From: Catajapyx aquilonaris
Lineage: Eukaryota
Assembly (NCBI GenBank): GCA_000934665.2
Contig: JYFJ02002090.1
Location: forward strand, 1-63,465
Length of the DNA stretch: 63,465 nucleotides
Direction: 5' to 3'
The notes below the pieces were generated by a model. The model ran no database searches. It was not told where the DNA came from and saw nothing but the letters and a program-made list of their open reading frames with translations. The position numbers and the translations under genes are program-made. Positions 47,901-62,400 of this stretch are shown piece after piece (position 1 is the stretch's first letter; the number at the start of each line of letters is the position of its first letter).

Positions 47901-50900
47901 TAAGCAAGCGGTTCCAGTATGCTTCCAAGATTTATTTTACAACCACTCACGACAACATCACATGCCAAGACTTTACGTTTCATCCTGTCACAGTGAACCT
48001 CACAATATTTGTCTCAGCTACAAGAAGTGAGTCCCAACTTATTGACAACCTTTTCAGGCAACTGACACACCAAAGTTTAAAAAGTCCCGGAAGTCCAACC
48101 AGCAATCGCTTGGCATTGTGTAAACCGCCAGTAAATACCTTGTTGTGCTAGAGCCCCCCATAACCACTCTCTGGCTTCCTCCGCCCAGAGAATCCATTTA
48201 GCAATTCAGATGATTCCTCGGCAAGGTCACTGCATAACCAAGCAAGCTTTTGTCCCTGCCCATCTCTTATGGCACGAGGGTCAAGAACTCCTTTGCATCT
48301 TTTTTTATTTTTTATTTTTTTGTGTGTGTATGCTATATCTTGGTTATGCTCAATATCAGAGCTCTCACTCCCGAATACAATTGGGACTGCTGAAAAAACC
48401 AGTTTCTTTGTGCAAGTGATCCGCCCACGGCTATTCGATCAACGGACGAAAACTCCGTCACCCCGCGGTAAATCCGCAAGTGACCGTGGCACCTGCCACT
48501 CAAAAACGTGTTTTCCTCTTGGCACACCGTCAGCCTCAAGTTACAGCCCCATAAAACACCCTAGAGTACAAAGACCCAAAAAACCGAATGGCTTACAACG
48601 AAACACAAGGAGCAGACTACATCAAAAGAGACGTGTGGGTGACACTGGTGAATATAAAGTTCATGGTCACAATATGCAACTGTTATGTTTTGTGTGGTGT
48701 CGCAATGCTGCTTATTGATGGCAATGCAGTCCCTTTTTCTTGTGTGTATCGAAAGCCCTTGGCCTTGACGTCTCTCAATAGATGGCTACAAGGGCAAGAT
48801 TTGAAGCTTTTGTTCCCCTTTACAACAAAGGGTAGCACCGGTGACAGAACTTGAAAGAGGTGGAGGAAGGGCTGGGCATCATCCCCTGCTGCATGCATTG
48901 CCTGCCCCTCCTCCACACGTCCTCTACCACCAACCACCAGCTCCAAAAGGGTTAATAGAGTCACTTCCTCAGTTTACCTTGGAGGGCGTATCTCTTCTTG
49001 CGAGCCTGCGTGCCAAAACCAACTTTATCTTTGACTCCGCACCGAGGTGTGTTCATCATTTTGACTGTCTCATCGTCCAGATCACCTGAAACAAGCAACA
49101 AACCATGATGGTGTTTGACCCCAGCAATTATATGCAAATTAGGGTTGCCTCCTTCCTCGTTGTGATCATGCAAATCACTCTCACCTGTTTGGTTGAGCCC
49201 CGCAAATGCTTGGAACTCCATAATGGCCTGGGTCAGGACCTTCCCTGAGATCAAGGCCGCTGAACTAGGATTTCTCGACTTTGGATCCATATATCCAAAC
49301 TGAGATAAATACATCTGCGAAAAAATGAATAAAATTATAATTTTTTAAAACAAAAATCCGCCAGGTCGTAAATCCCCATAGGTTTCCAAGGATTTTTGCA
49401 TTATTCTTTCGATTGGGACACAAGGCTGCTAAACTATTATGCAGCGTACAGAAGGTCGTAACTATTTGCGAAGACAATACTACTGCCGGTTTCGCTGCCA
49501 GCACCCCGAGCTAAACGATCATAATCCCGTTGTTTTGCATGCAAACATGAGTGTGTTTCCCAAAATCGGCTCAACAACCACTTGACCTCAAGAGGAGTCA
49601 TCCGCAACAGTGTCAATTGAGTATGACTCCTCTTGATTATAAGCTGCTGAAAAAGCTACTCCTTTTTTTTTTGCAACATTATTCTGGGCGCCCTGCCAAG
49701 AATCTTTGTTTGGGGCGATGTCCATCCTCATGTTTGAATCACATCATGCACTTTAGGGTCAAACCACACCCCTTCCTTGGGAGGAATGCCATTCGCGGTG
49801 GGCAACTCCTCGATGGTAACAGCAACATGAAAGAAAGTGTTGGGGGAGGACAGTGCCATACCAGTTCCGGTGAATCATTGGGTTGACTCAAAACGGAACG
49901 GCACGATCTTGACACCTCCCTGCAATATATGCACCTATACTCGTGAGAAGTTATTATCAGCTGATGAGTCGGCGTGGTCAAACATCCAGCTATTTTTTGA
50001 TCAGATGTCACTGCAGTATAAACCAACCATATTTTAATATGTGACTATGCACAAAAAAATATTCTCAGCCTCAAGCGAACTTACATAAGCTACCGGTGCA
50101 CACACAGCATTTCCTACTTTAATAACGTGGCTTCCACATACATATCGCGGTTGCAGTTACGCCTGTATGAAATCACAGCTGACGGTAGACCGCAATGTAA
50201 AATGAGCGTATAGGGATCGAACCGGTTCATAAGCCCCGAAGCTATAACCGAGTGAGTCATACAGGGTCACCCCGGTGATGCACCATCAGAAGCTCGAATA
50301 AAAAAAAAAAGAACTCAACATCCAGATCTCCCTATAGAAACTCCGGAGTATGTCGCCTTGTCGAATTACGTAACCTGCGGGAAAACGAACGAAGAGAAGT
50401 TGTAGTCACGACCTTCACCTTCCTGTCCCATAATAATAATAGGCGTTACGTACAGTGCCTGTCCGCTTCCTTATGCCGGATTCCAATAAACAGGACCACA
50501 TTGCAAGGACGTCACCTCCAATATTGATAGAGTTGACGTGCAAGCAATTTGAACTCCATATAAGCTGTACCTTCCCGGTACAACGAAGGACAATCCCACA
50601 CACTCTTAAGGAGGTGAACGAACCAATGACTAATTCGGCTGGCCTGTACTTGAATCCGGAGGGTTCCCCAAATCCGCCCACATACCCTTCCGGTGCATTG
50701 GATGACTCATACCTGCAGTACATATGGGTCAAAAAATGTGCAGCATACAAGTTTTGATATTTATTCCTTGAATTGCTGATGCCAGGAAGGGTTGTAAAAA
50801 TTGAGCAATGTTGTATCGAAGTGCTAGGTACGGATGACGTTATGTATGGGTTCTTTGTGAATTGCAATCTGGTGATGTCACGATGACAACCTGTTTCCAA

Positions 50901-52322
50901 CTCCTTTTTCGAATCCTTGCCATTGAAAATTTTTCGCGCTTCACTTGTTACTCCCGGATTTCTGCGAAAAGTAGCCAAACTTCCTGATTGTCGTCAGGTA
51001 CGGGCTGTAAAATGTTACGTAAAATATATTTTTTGTGCTCGGTCGCAATAGAGGCAGGCATCAATTTTGAACGGTACGTAATAAATTCAAAATGCGAATA
51101 TTACGCACTCCAACGACCTTCGTCACGTCTAAACTACTTGTTTCCGACGACCTTCGTTCATATTCATATTTTGGAAAGGAGACATTCTCTTTACAATTCC
51201 TGTCCATCCTCACATCCCGTCCATTTCCCCTGCAAAATACCAGTTGTTACTAAAACCGGTAGTGTCTCAGGTTTTGCTGAACTACCTTGACTCACGTTGC
51301 GAACATTTTTTATTGCAGTGTACCCTACAATTCGCATAATTGTATAATGTAAAAAATATTTCAAAATCAGGAAAAAACCGACCCATCTCTGGGAATTCCC
51401 ACGCTTGACCATCAGTAGTGCTCACTAATTTAATATTCCGCCGGCCATGCCTTTGGCAAGTCGCTATAAAATTCGCGCATTACAGGTTGACAGCTTTGTT
51501 ATTTTGCACGCCGCATCTTCAAGTTTATGTGCTCTCTGATCAACCGAAGGTCCTTGTCATCTCAACAAAAAAAAACCGGTACACAGCATCATATTGCGCA
51601 GAAAAATACCCGCAATAAAACGTGTGCCTCTATATTGTCCGAACGTGACTAGATGAGATCCGGCAATTCCTTTGTCGCGATTTTTTTTTGTGTGTACATA
51701 TCTCAAAAAATTGCATACCGCACGGTACGTTACCATCCTCAAAACCGACCTGTCCAGATGAAAAATACGTCGAGACTTACAACAGAAAACCCGCCCAACC
51801 AGTTTACGTTGGTCTTATTGACCCACTCCGAGCATTGATTCATTCAAGGAATAACGCCTGGAAAATCCGACCACAAGTTTTATCCAATTAGCGGCCAATT
51901 ATCCAGATGGTCACGCCTGCTCTTAATGGGTTCGTGTCCCATCAGATGCGACATTGATGAAAGATGCTGGGTCGGTGTCCCGCCAAGACAGGGTCAAGGG
52001 CAAGGTGTGGATGTAGCCTTGGGTTTTTACTCAGAACCGGGGTTTATCTATGCTCAAATATTAGTCTATTTTATCTACTTTTGGGGGGGGGGAGGTGGAG
52101 GCAACGAAATTGCACTTCCGGTGACCTTCCGGGTGACCGGAAGTGGGGTTGGGGACAACGAGGTCAGATCCTTCTGCATCTTCTCTTCCGTAACCGACAA
52201 GGACAGAAACTCACCATGGCCTGTGTCGTAGAGTTAATCGGCGCCGCCTCCGACCAGCAAGCCAGCGCCATCAACATCATCGTCCTGACCACCCTCCAGA
52301 GCGGTGACCTCTGACCTCCCAT
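44922..52322 (-). CDS. Mmp1: Matrix metalloproteinase 1 (~590 aa GPI-type or ~540 aa secreted isoform)
   Basis: Exons 52322-52215 (signal peptide), 49314-49185, 49085-48978, 47603-46840, 46782-46641, 46527-46346, 46262-46106, then 45599-45568 or 45103-44922. Cys switch PRCGVKD, furin site RKKR, HEFGHSLGLSH, Met-turn ALMAP, hemopexin repeats ending WWFGC. Confidence 0.93.
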
Positions 52323-52416
52323 GGCTCTCACTATACTTTTGACCCCACCAAAACCACAGAACCGACCCGTTGGATGTTCTTCCAAACTATGCCGGCGCCC
52401 AGGCCTACACCGCTTG

Positions 52417-52423
52417 TTTTATA
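52417..52423 (-). promoter_or_regulatory. TATA box of Mmp1
   Basis: TATAAAA on minus ~95 nt upstream of ATG 52322. Confidence 0.6.
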
Positions 52424-52666
52424 CGAGGCCGCCAGTTTCGCGCGCTCCCGAGTGACTTCATACGCGTGACGTATACACTGCGACCTTCCGATTGGCTCTT
52501 TCCTGGAAAAGTGTGCGTCATACACCCAGCCGCACTACTAAATAGTATGCACTATTTTAATAAAATGCGTGTGGGTACAAAACCGCAGCAATTTTAGATC
52601 AATGCGGGTTATTATGACGTACAAAAAAAAATTCCCAACAATTTTCCTCAATGAAAAATAAACCAA

Positions 52667-52712
52667 CTGGTCGTTACATCCGTAACACTCGTGTTACGGA
52701 TGTAACGACCAG
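52667..52712. repeat. Perfect 22-bp inverted repeat with 2-nt spacer
   Basis: CTGGTCGTTACATCCGTAACAC-TC-GTGTTACGGATGTAACGACCAG. Confidence 0.95.
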
Positions 52713-55700
52713 GTGACCATATTACGAACACAGGAACTGAATTGCCATACCGTGTTATAAACCTGCGTGAAACCGCATAATATCCAGACTGTTTCCCACG
52801 AATAAAACCAGACTCATATGTACATGTCCAGTTTGGGTACCATGGGGCATCTGTTCTGTCGCTCACGATTCCCATTCATCACCGGACTTGTTGAAAGGTC
52901 ACTTGGTCAATGTACCTAGGAATAAATTAAGCTCTTTTGTTTACTCGCCTTGAACCGCAAGGGTTTTTAGAGCGAATTGGATTCACAGTGGGTTCGTGGA
53001 ACATTATTGGGGTTCATTAGTGGGGTAATTGTAAATATTTAATAGAGTGTAGTGCGAATTGGGGTGATGCCCCAGACATGGAGTTTTAAGAGTTAAGAAA
53101 AGTCGACAGAAAGATAAGGACAGGTTTGGAGCTGATTAAAATTCAGGTGAAGTTTTGGATTGTGTACAGACGACCCCACGTGATGTGCTAAAAAAAGACG
53201 AATAAAACTTACTGTCTGGCCAGTGTTTTGTACTGGCTCAGTTGGTGTGGCTCATAAAAAGGTATATTTAATACTGATATATCGGGCATTACAGCTGGCG
53301 TAATAGCCGTCATAACCAGTTCAGAAAGCTCTTAAATTGGACTTCAAAGTAATCTGCTACCTCATGTGGGTTTTCCTCGTGGTATAGCAGTTTGATGCAG
53401 ATTCTATTGGTATGACGACAATTGATCTCTCAGATAGCGCGTGTGCGAATTACAAAAACTGGATCACATGTCGAAATACCCGAGACAATTTTTAAAACAT
53501 ATGGCGCACATACAATACAGAGTTTCATCTCACAAAGCCCAGAAAATTGCGATTCAGTCCAAAGTACATTATTTATTCACAACAATTTCTCATCCTGTGA
53601 AATGTTGTCTTTACAACAGCAAAAAAAAAATCATTAGTAATTCAGAGAAGGTAGCGACACAATTCATGTTGACACCACAGCATACCACTCTGTCTGGGAC
53701 GGTCTGTAATCCCCTCCGGTAGAACTAATGCGTGGAAATCCGCGAGCAATTTATCCTATTTTCGGCACACCACCCCTGGACAAAGCTGACTTTTGCGAAT
53801 TAACCACCCATCACTCTTTCAATCCCGAAGTTGTATGTCCCTGAAATTTAGTTAGATTCCATCAGATCCAAGGACCCATACACCCTCGGTGTGTGAATCC
53901 GTTCTATGTCGCCACACCTGGAGGGACTCCCAGGCTCCATTTATTCCCATTTTTGCCATTATTAACATCCTCTTGACGCACCGCCCCCTCTCGTGTTTCG
54001 CCATTTTTTTTTTGTGTGTGTGTGTGTGTATGCCATTCGCACAAACCCGTGACATTGACTCGAAATGAAGTGGAGGAAGCTCGGTTCGTGATCGCCAGCG
54101 CGGAAGAGGACCACTCGAGGCGAAGGACATGGCACCCAAGTCCACAAAAATTTTTGTGCATTGCAAGTCGGTTTTGCGACCGGTTCATACCAACTTACTT
54201 AAACGTCACAGAGTTTCCTCTATGAACGGAAATCCTGAAGGAAGTCCGATTGCGGTTCTAGACATTACATTGGCATGATTGGGGAATACTCCCAGTGTAC
54301 TCAAATATTGAGACAGACATGGTCAATATAGCTAACGTGCTGCGCGCGTTACGTAACTAGAAAAATTCCAGAGCAGGTCAAGTTACGTAAATATACACAC
54401 CACGGATGCACACAGATGTACTCGGAATAGAGGAAGCGGCTGACATGTAATGTCTGTATATGCCATGTACTTACGTAGGGGGTATGGACTTCTGAGAATG
54501 TGTGTTGATAATGCAGGTATACTTTAGGAGGAATGCGATCAGAATCGGCTAATGACCACCAGTTGACCGCTTCCTTCAACGTAACTCTGCTTATGTACTA
54601 CGTAGATACCGGCTCTCTTAGTTTTCGTCCGAGTGGTTTTCTATAACCGTCTACAAGTTGGTAATAAGAAAATCATGGAAACGGTTTCAAGTGGATAACC
54701 AAGGACGCTGCAAATGGTTCAATTTAGTGCCACTTGACCTTCCAGTACACTGCTAGTATTGTTTCGCGGATTCGTAACACATTACTACGTTACGGTCGGA
54801 AAAGCTAAGAGCAATCCTGCGCATTTCGTAATACCTATATTCGAATGTCCCGCCATACACGTCCAGTCAGTTTATTTTGACAGTTAAAAACAGTACAGAC
54901 TTCCAGAACACATCGACGCAATTTGCAAACTCGAAAATAACTGTGCATGGCCACAAAGTACGACCACAGCTGCATTTTGAAAGGCAGGTCCTTGAATAAG
55001 ATAGGTAAACAAATCGCTTGCCAAAAAACCAACCGACTCTAGCAAGAACAGAAAGGTGCAGCAAATGGAACATGACACGTGAGTCGCACAAAAGCTCTAT
55101 TCACATCTATGGGAGGGAAGTTGGACAAAAAAAAAAAAAAAAAAAGTGAATGTAGAAAAGAAGAGCAAAAGTGCGTCCGTGACATTTTCAAGGCTGCAGT
55201 TTCCGAATTGTTGCTAGCTGGCGTGTCGTGTTTCCCTATTTGGATCGCATGTTGTGACGCAATGGTTCACAGAAAGTAATTAATACAATATAGTAAAATA
55301 GGCGTAAAGCACAGGGGAAACTGGTTCGTGACACTCATTCAACGTGTTGGCAAGTTTTTCATGCGTAGTAATATGTGACGCAAATGAGCTGGGTCCACAC
55401 TAGTGTCGTTGCAGTTTGGTTATCCTCAACAACGTCCGTTGTGAACCCAGCCAGTCTGTTATCTATACAATAGCATTTTCCTTCCTTCTTTTTTTTCCTA
55501 GAAAGGTGTGCAGTACTTGTTGACAACGTAAGACCATTGAAGCAAGATCAATTTTCATATCCGCCAAAGGTTGCACCAGCCCTTTTGTAACTTCCGTGAT
55601 AAATGCCCGCCCTAATTTAACAAATCGATTACCACTACTGACATCCTTCCGACTCATTACTTATTGCGTAGATTCCTCTGCCCTTTTCAAATTTATTCCG

Positions 55701-58700
55701 TCTTCCAAAATTCATGCAGTCGATACTCCCATTCTTCCTCTTTTTTTTTTTAACTACAAGGAAAAGCTAGTCCCGAAAGTGTGACAACGAACCATGTCGA
55801 AGAGGTCATCCTTTTGTAGTCACGTAACTATTGACAAACGCATGTCGCGCGAGCCATCGCATATGCAGTTTTACGATACAAGCGGTGCACTGACACGGCC
55901 TTCGGCATCGCCTTGAAGATTTTCAAACGTCCGATTGCTTTACAATACCACTTTGATTTATGCACGAACTTTACTGTTTACTTCCTAACGCACTCATGAA
56001 GGCGCTAGGAACGTAATGGATGTTACAAAAAAAAAATATGTAACGATCCAGCTAGCTGATTCAGTGGTTGCAAAGTACAGCAATAATTTGCGGCACCGGC
56101 CGTACCGATGTTCTTCGCCTATTATTAGCACTGCCAGGCCATATGCACCAGAGTGATTCATTGCTGATAAAAATGAGTAATGGCGTTGGTAAAAATGTTG
56201 CAAAATATACCAAATATTGTGATTCACTGCCATCTTCTCCGGGGGACATAAAAAAAAGTGTCGCAGGGTTCAAGGGCTGCGCACTGTTGGCCTAGTGCCA
56301 TCATAAGGACAAGGTCGTTGCTGGTCATAATGCACCAAAGTCATAGAACCGCGTACCTGACAGGCAGCTTTATGGCTGTTTTTAGCATCAAAAAACCTGC
56401 TCTGAGTCAGGACGCAGTTCTCACATATTTCAAGCACGTCTATCACTCATCCGGATCATCTGCATTCTAAAAGGATGGGCAGCCTCCCTTTGTGCGAAAT
56501 GTGTTCGCTGAAATATCAAAGAAGAAAATCGCGGTGGTCCTCCCTCGGGGTCATGGTGGGGGGTCACCCCCTTAAAGAACAATCACTCATTACCTCGAGT
56601 TAAGCATGTGTCATACTCAAATTATTATAAAGCCGCATTGACGTCTGATGAGAACCGCAGCTCGGTGAGACCATGGAGGACATGTGGTTGTTGAAAGATA
56701 CACAACTCTTCGGCGGTCCCCACACGACTTCCTTCCAATGAAAGCGGTTTTTTACGATTTGAGTCAGTAAATTTTGCAGAAAACAAGAGGAATGTGTCAA
56801 CGACCCTGGGTGGAGCATCAGGACCTTGACAGTATAACACAGCTCATCCATCCGCCGCCACTTTCATAGGTGCCAGTTCTGGGTGGACCCCTCCCTTCAA
56901 CAGTATATGACCACCAACATGCTCATCGCATCATTGGACACGGAAATTCGAAATGACACGTGTTTTGTAATCATTGGTCACCTGATGGCAATAATTGGGC
57001 GATTCTGTATGATATTGTCACTATAACAATGGGGTTTTACCTATTTTCCTCATACTGGTGATATATAGGGATGGGCACACTCTCCAGTATGTAGAACATT
57101 TCCAGGTAGTTTTTCTTTCGCGAATCATGTAATTCCAGAGCAGATTCAATTCGGGGAATTACTGATGGGGGAATATATTAGGGGTAATTATGCGCGTATA
57201 AATGCGTCGTTATAATTCCCAACGGTGGTTCCATAGAAATGTGCGCAAGAGGCGGGGGTGGAACAGGTAGGGGAAGAAACAATCTTCTGGGGCCGATAGG
57301 TGTGGAAAATCCCGCACCAAAAATATACAACCTCGTAATAACGGTAAATGTGGGTTTGCAATCAACTATTTCATTCATTACCACAAAACCACGTTGGCTG
57401 GCAGCCCACCATGTTGAGGTTGGTCACGGCTCATAACAATTTCCCAACACACACGCTCCAAATGAACCCCTTACATATAAAGCAGCGCCGAAGAAGGTCA
57501 TATCTATTCTTACCATCTCCAAGCCCCACACATTATGCATATTCTCGGTCGATAAATAACTGCAAAATATGAGTCCCTGAGTGGACCATTTTTCATTCCT
57601 GACATACCAGTGCAGGCACCTTTTGGGTGCCCCCTGATGTTAGGTAGGGTCAGCACCCCTGCGTCACTGAACGTCATAACCTACGCACAAAAAATGAGGT
57701 AGCATATTTCTTTGCTACCTGTCGAATTCGAAATTACCACACTTTGAGAACCTCCGCAACTTACTTCTTCCCACACTGTTTAAATGAGTCACGGTTTCAG
57801 GATGTGTCAGGTTACAAATTCAGGTGCTGTCACAGAAAGGTGGGGACCGCTTTGTTGATGGACAACATCCTGTAACCACATCTTCGACGAATCTTGGAAA
57901 AAATTTTGAATTGCGTCTCACTGTCGCAAGTGTCTTGAGGAGGGATTCATCAGGGCAGATTGGGGAATGATGACCTCTCGTGACTTGGCCCAGCCCTTTT
58001 CTTGTACGAAACGTTATTGCCCTCGGAAACAACCAGAGTAGCAGGTGTTTATGGAGGGGGCCCTGGGCCATTCGCAAAATACCAGACGTCTGCCGTCACT
58101 TTTGCAGTCAATGAGAGAGGCCCAATAATGAAATCCACCCCGTCCACCCCCTTTAAAAATTTACATACAGAGTGATGAACCTGCCTTTCTCCAAAGGTAC
58201 TCTGACCTGCTCGTATCAGCAATCACAAACATGAAATATATTCCTCTCTCTTTTTATTACCTAGGAGCACTTGTATCAACTTATTTGCAGACAAAATCTC
58301 CAGTTACATCCGATTATTCATTATATCTACACATAATTGGAGATGTTATCTTATTCATGCAACTGGTCTCATACGTACTACTTATTTATTGCATAACATT
58401 GTATGCAGAAGAATCAGCGCCTGTGGTGCCAGTGCTCCGATGCATTAGCGAAAGATGACGAGAACTACTACACATTCTTACTGACCTTGAATTGCAATCT
58501 GGGAGGTGCCCACCACAGCACTTGTATAACTGTGCTAGCACACTGTACATGCTTACCACCTTAGTCTATTGCAGGACATAAGACTAGTTGTCCTAATTAT
58601 AGCTTGTAACCATAAAACCATTTAATATGTAGGTACCTTACCTGTGATAATTCTTTCATTACACAACATTACACTCAAAAACTCGCAGTGCTGCCTAATA

Positions 58701-59770
58701 CTTCACAAATGCTTTTTCTACATATAATTGTGGCCCCTGAATGAATTCATTGGGTGGGTGTTCCTACCACCCATAAGTAACGTAACATACCGCTATTAGT
58801 GGTCATTAGTGGTATTCTGTCATACACATTCCTATAGGTGTCCATAATTTGTGTAAGTGGCAATAAAGTCATTAGCAGGCAAACTTGTCACCAGACCTCT
58901 TGCAAGAGCCAACGGTTTTTCTAGGTGGCATGGCATCAGAAACATATAATTCCCAAATTATTATAAAATGATAATACTGCGAGCAAAATAATTGCATGGA
59001 ACATCCATAATAATTTTCAAATGCAAATACCCCAACAATATTACCTTCTGTTATTCACACATTGTTGACATTCACAAAAAGGGCTGCTTTGCATTCAGGA
59101 TAGTTCAGGTGGACTGGGGAGTGAGCAACCTTGTTCTCTCAAGAGAGACTGCCGCTGACTTTAACAACATACTGTAAATGGAACCCACACTTTGTCTTAA
59201 TCATGCTATATTCCATTTGTGACAAATTCAACTGTAGAGAGACATGACTATCACATTATTTTTTCCAAAAAATGAGCTGCGTGTTCCTTGCAAACGTGAC
59301 TGATATCTTAAAACCAGTCCATCCACACGTATGATTCATTCCTTCTCCTGAGGAAGGAAACACGAGTATGGGGTTACACCCTTCCTATCATGGTCAAGGG
59401 CCTTGGGTGATGAGCCTCAACCCAATGGCTTGATCATATGTCAATGGTCCTCACAAGTCATTAGTGTTATCATTTACTACACGAACAATGAGGCCTTTTT
59501 CATGCTAAACAGTACAAACGTGCAAAACACTATTGGTTCTCAAAACTGGTTCACGTCCTAGTTGGAATGCTACTCTGCAACATTTCTGCCTCCTGGCCAT
59601 GAATAATAATTAGTGCACAATATAGTCACTGAGTGATCTCAACACAGAAAGAAAGGTTATGGAGGTCTGGTTCCCTTAACTGGGTGAGTGGAATGATCGT
59701 GCAGCATGGGACGGGAGAGAAAAATGTCAATTCATGATGATACTGATGAATGATAATAATCTGAGCATTA

Positions 59771-59901
59771 AGGCCATTTCACAAAAAAAATGTCGCGTGG
59801 CAAACGGCGCGACTTGCGGCAAATTTTTATTTATATTTATTGTTGCCAATTGTTGGCAACATTAAAATTTGCCGCGAGACATTTTTTTTGTGAAATGGCC
59901 T
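59771..59901. mobile_element. Short Harbinger/Tourist-type MITE
   Basis: TTA|AGGCCATTTCACAAAAAAAATGTC ... GACATTTTTTTTGTGAAATGGCCT|TTA. Confidence 0.85.
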
Positions 59902-60418
59902 TTACACATGACACTGACAAAAAATACCCCAAAAATAAAGAAATGACAGAGGCATTTGAATAAATGGCAATTACAATGAACAAGCGTGATTTCTCAGATA
60001 AACTGGACAATTTTTCCAGATGGTGTGGGCTAATTACTTCCTGAGAAGTGAACTACCAAATGCTGCATCATACAACAACAACAATGCATGGACCTTTTAT
60101 TATGAATTCAAAGGTGAATATATGCCATCCAGCAAATTGTCTGGGTGCATGGACGGAGAAAGAGGATGAGAAGAGATGCAAGTGCAAGGTTTCTCTTCAT
60201 CTTTCTGTGCATTCCTCCAGGCATTTTGCATAATGAAATCCCACCCAAGAGGAGACCAGAGACAGACAAGCTCCACAAAAGATGAAAGGGAGGAATGCCT
60301 ACAGGCTTGGGATTGAATCAAATATTCTTCCATGACTGCATATTCTGCTTATCCAAGACTACTGGATGAGATGGCAGACTTTTTCTTTTACATGCACATC
60401 AGAAGTGGTACTGTATTA

Positions 60419-60513
60419 CCTCACTTAAAGCGGCATGCTGGTGTAGTCAAGGTCGACCAGTTTTCAGAAATGTACGATCTGGTGGCTATACCAGCATGCC
60501 AGTCTAAGTGAGG
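60419..60513. repeat. Imperfect ~30-bp inverted repeat (hairpin or tiny MITE)
   Basis: CCTCACTTAAAGCGGCATGCTGGTGTAGTCA ... TGGCTATACCAGCATGCCAGTCTAAGTGAGG. Confidence 0.7.
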
Positions 60514-61753
60514 GATGACGATATAAGGCGAATTTTTCACTTACATGATCCTATTCGAGTTTCTTTTATTTTTTGGTTGAAAAATCGAAATCCACGTAAA
60601 GGCTATCTTGAAAAGGCCCATTTTCCAACAACAATTTAGCAAAGTACTGAAGGAGTTTGTCTTAATCCTTTGTGATGGAGAAGGGGGTTCCCCTCTCAAA
60701 GCAGGCTGGACGATGGGATTGGTCACACTCTATGCACTGTGCAACAGAATGCGCATATTCTCACAGCCCTGTATACTCTCCCATTTTTCACCGTATCATT
60801 AATTTAGTACAGTACCTGAAGCAATAGCATTCAAAAAAATTTAACAAGGATCAAAATGATGGAAATTTATCTTGGTTATTGCGGCATGCCTGCCATCCCT
60901 GGGTTATACTGGCTTGCTAGTAGACCTCATTTTATTCCATATCTTCCTTCAATGCAGGAGGCAAGAAAAATATCTCAAAAATGTAATCAGTTAACCACTT
61001 CACATTCTGTACATACACATAATTATGTTGTTCCCTACTCAATTCCCTGACTCATTACGATGTAAAGTTCATCCACATGGTCATCATTTTGTCTTTGGGT
61101 TGTTGTGTTTGGAATCTACCAATCAGTGTATGCCATGCCACCTTTCCTTTTGTCATTGCCAAAGCTGTCCAATTGCCTTTGACGGATAAGAGGAGAAGAC
61201 TCACCTCTTGATCAGAATGTGCATAAATCCTGGAAACCCTATAAACAACTGGAGCAACAAATAATCAAAAGCCAAACAATATCATGTGTAAACTCCAGTA
61301 CAGTGTAAAGAAAAGAGGAAAGTACAACAATGATGACATGATACTGCATATGATGCATATCATGCCAGTGTGACCTGTAGTGTCAAGGTCCAACAAAAAT
61401 TGAATGTAACTGTTTGAAGAGTTAACATAATATGTAGCCACTGAGAGCTGATGGAGTTGTGACTTTGGTTTCAGGAATGTCATATTCCCTCATCCACACT
61501 TCACAACAATGTGTCGACTGTTTTCATGGTAATGCCAAAGTCCATAAATAAAAACATCCAACTAAACAAAGAATTACTGCATTATTATTTCCTTGCATCA
61601 TTGTTTTCAGAGCATATAAAAAATTGTACTGAAATGAATTAGCCACTTTGAAAATGCCCCAGTTTGAAGAAGCAAATGTGGCTCAAGATACTTCTCATTC
61701 ACTTTCACTGATGAGATGTTACACTTTTCAATTCTTATGCAGCAAAGACTGTC

Positions 61754-62400
61754 TCAAGTGCTACTGCACATGATGCGCATGGCACTTGTCCCCACATCCA
61801 TCAGCTGCAGATACTCATCAGCTCCATCCAGAAGACGAGCACTGCAAACCTATACATGAAGTAATAAATTACACAATTTGCTGACTACTCAAGTGGTTAA
61901 TTCCCACTTGTTAAAATCAGTGGCCTGGTAATTTCCTTTCCAAGGCACATCAAATTGGATACAAATGTTTGAACACTTACAACAGAAAAAATCAGTGATG
62001 AATTTCACATCTTGTGTAGTAAAGTTTTGTTTATCATGAATGCCACTCTTTTGCTTTCACTAGCAGTACAGTATTACTAATTTTTCTGTGCTATTTATCA
62101 TCCACATCTCAGCAGGATTATACAACATATCGAAACATACTACAGTTCATATTGCATTAGCATCTCTCACATCATGGATAAAAATATCGAAAGCGTACTT
62201 ACTGCCAGCTTCTCACATATCTCAGACTTCTGGCGATCAGTGATCTCCTTGGATTCAATGATGATGTCATGGACTTGCTCCATGAGCAAAGATACTGCAA
62301 ACCCCTCAGCCATGAGGTCATCGGTGCACTGGGAGAGTTTATCGTGACTGTTTGATTTGCATGCATCCAAAAATGCCATCACCCACTTATCAGGAATAAC
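61754..62400 (-). CDS. RFC4: Replication factor C subunit 4, last two coding exons (5' part outside window)
   Basis: Exons 62400-62203 (VIPDKWV...QKSEICEKLA) and 61849-61754 (VCSARLLDGADEYLQLMDVGTSAMRIMCSST*); DGADEYLQL is characteristic of the RFC4 C-terminus. Confidence 0.85.

Noticed and set aside
50415..50978. 187-aa ORF in Mmp1 intron 1
   Set aside because: Non-ATG start, no recognisable motif or supporting exon structure.
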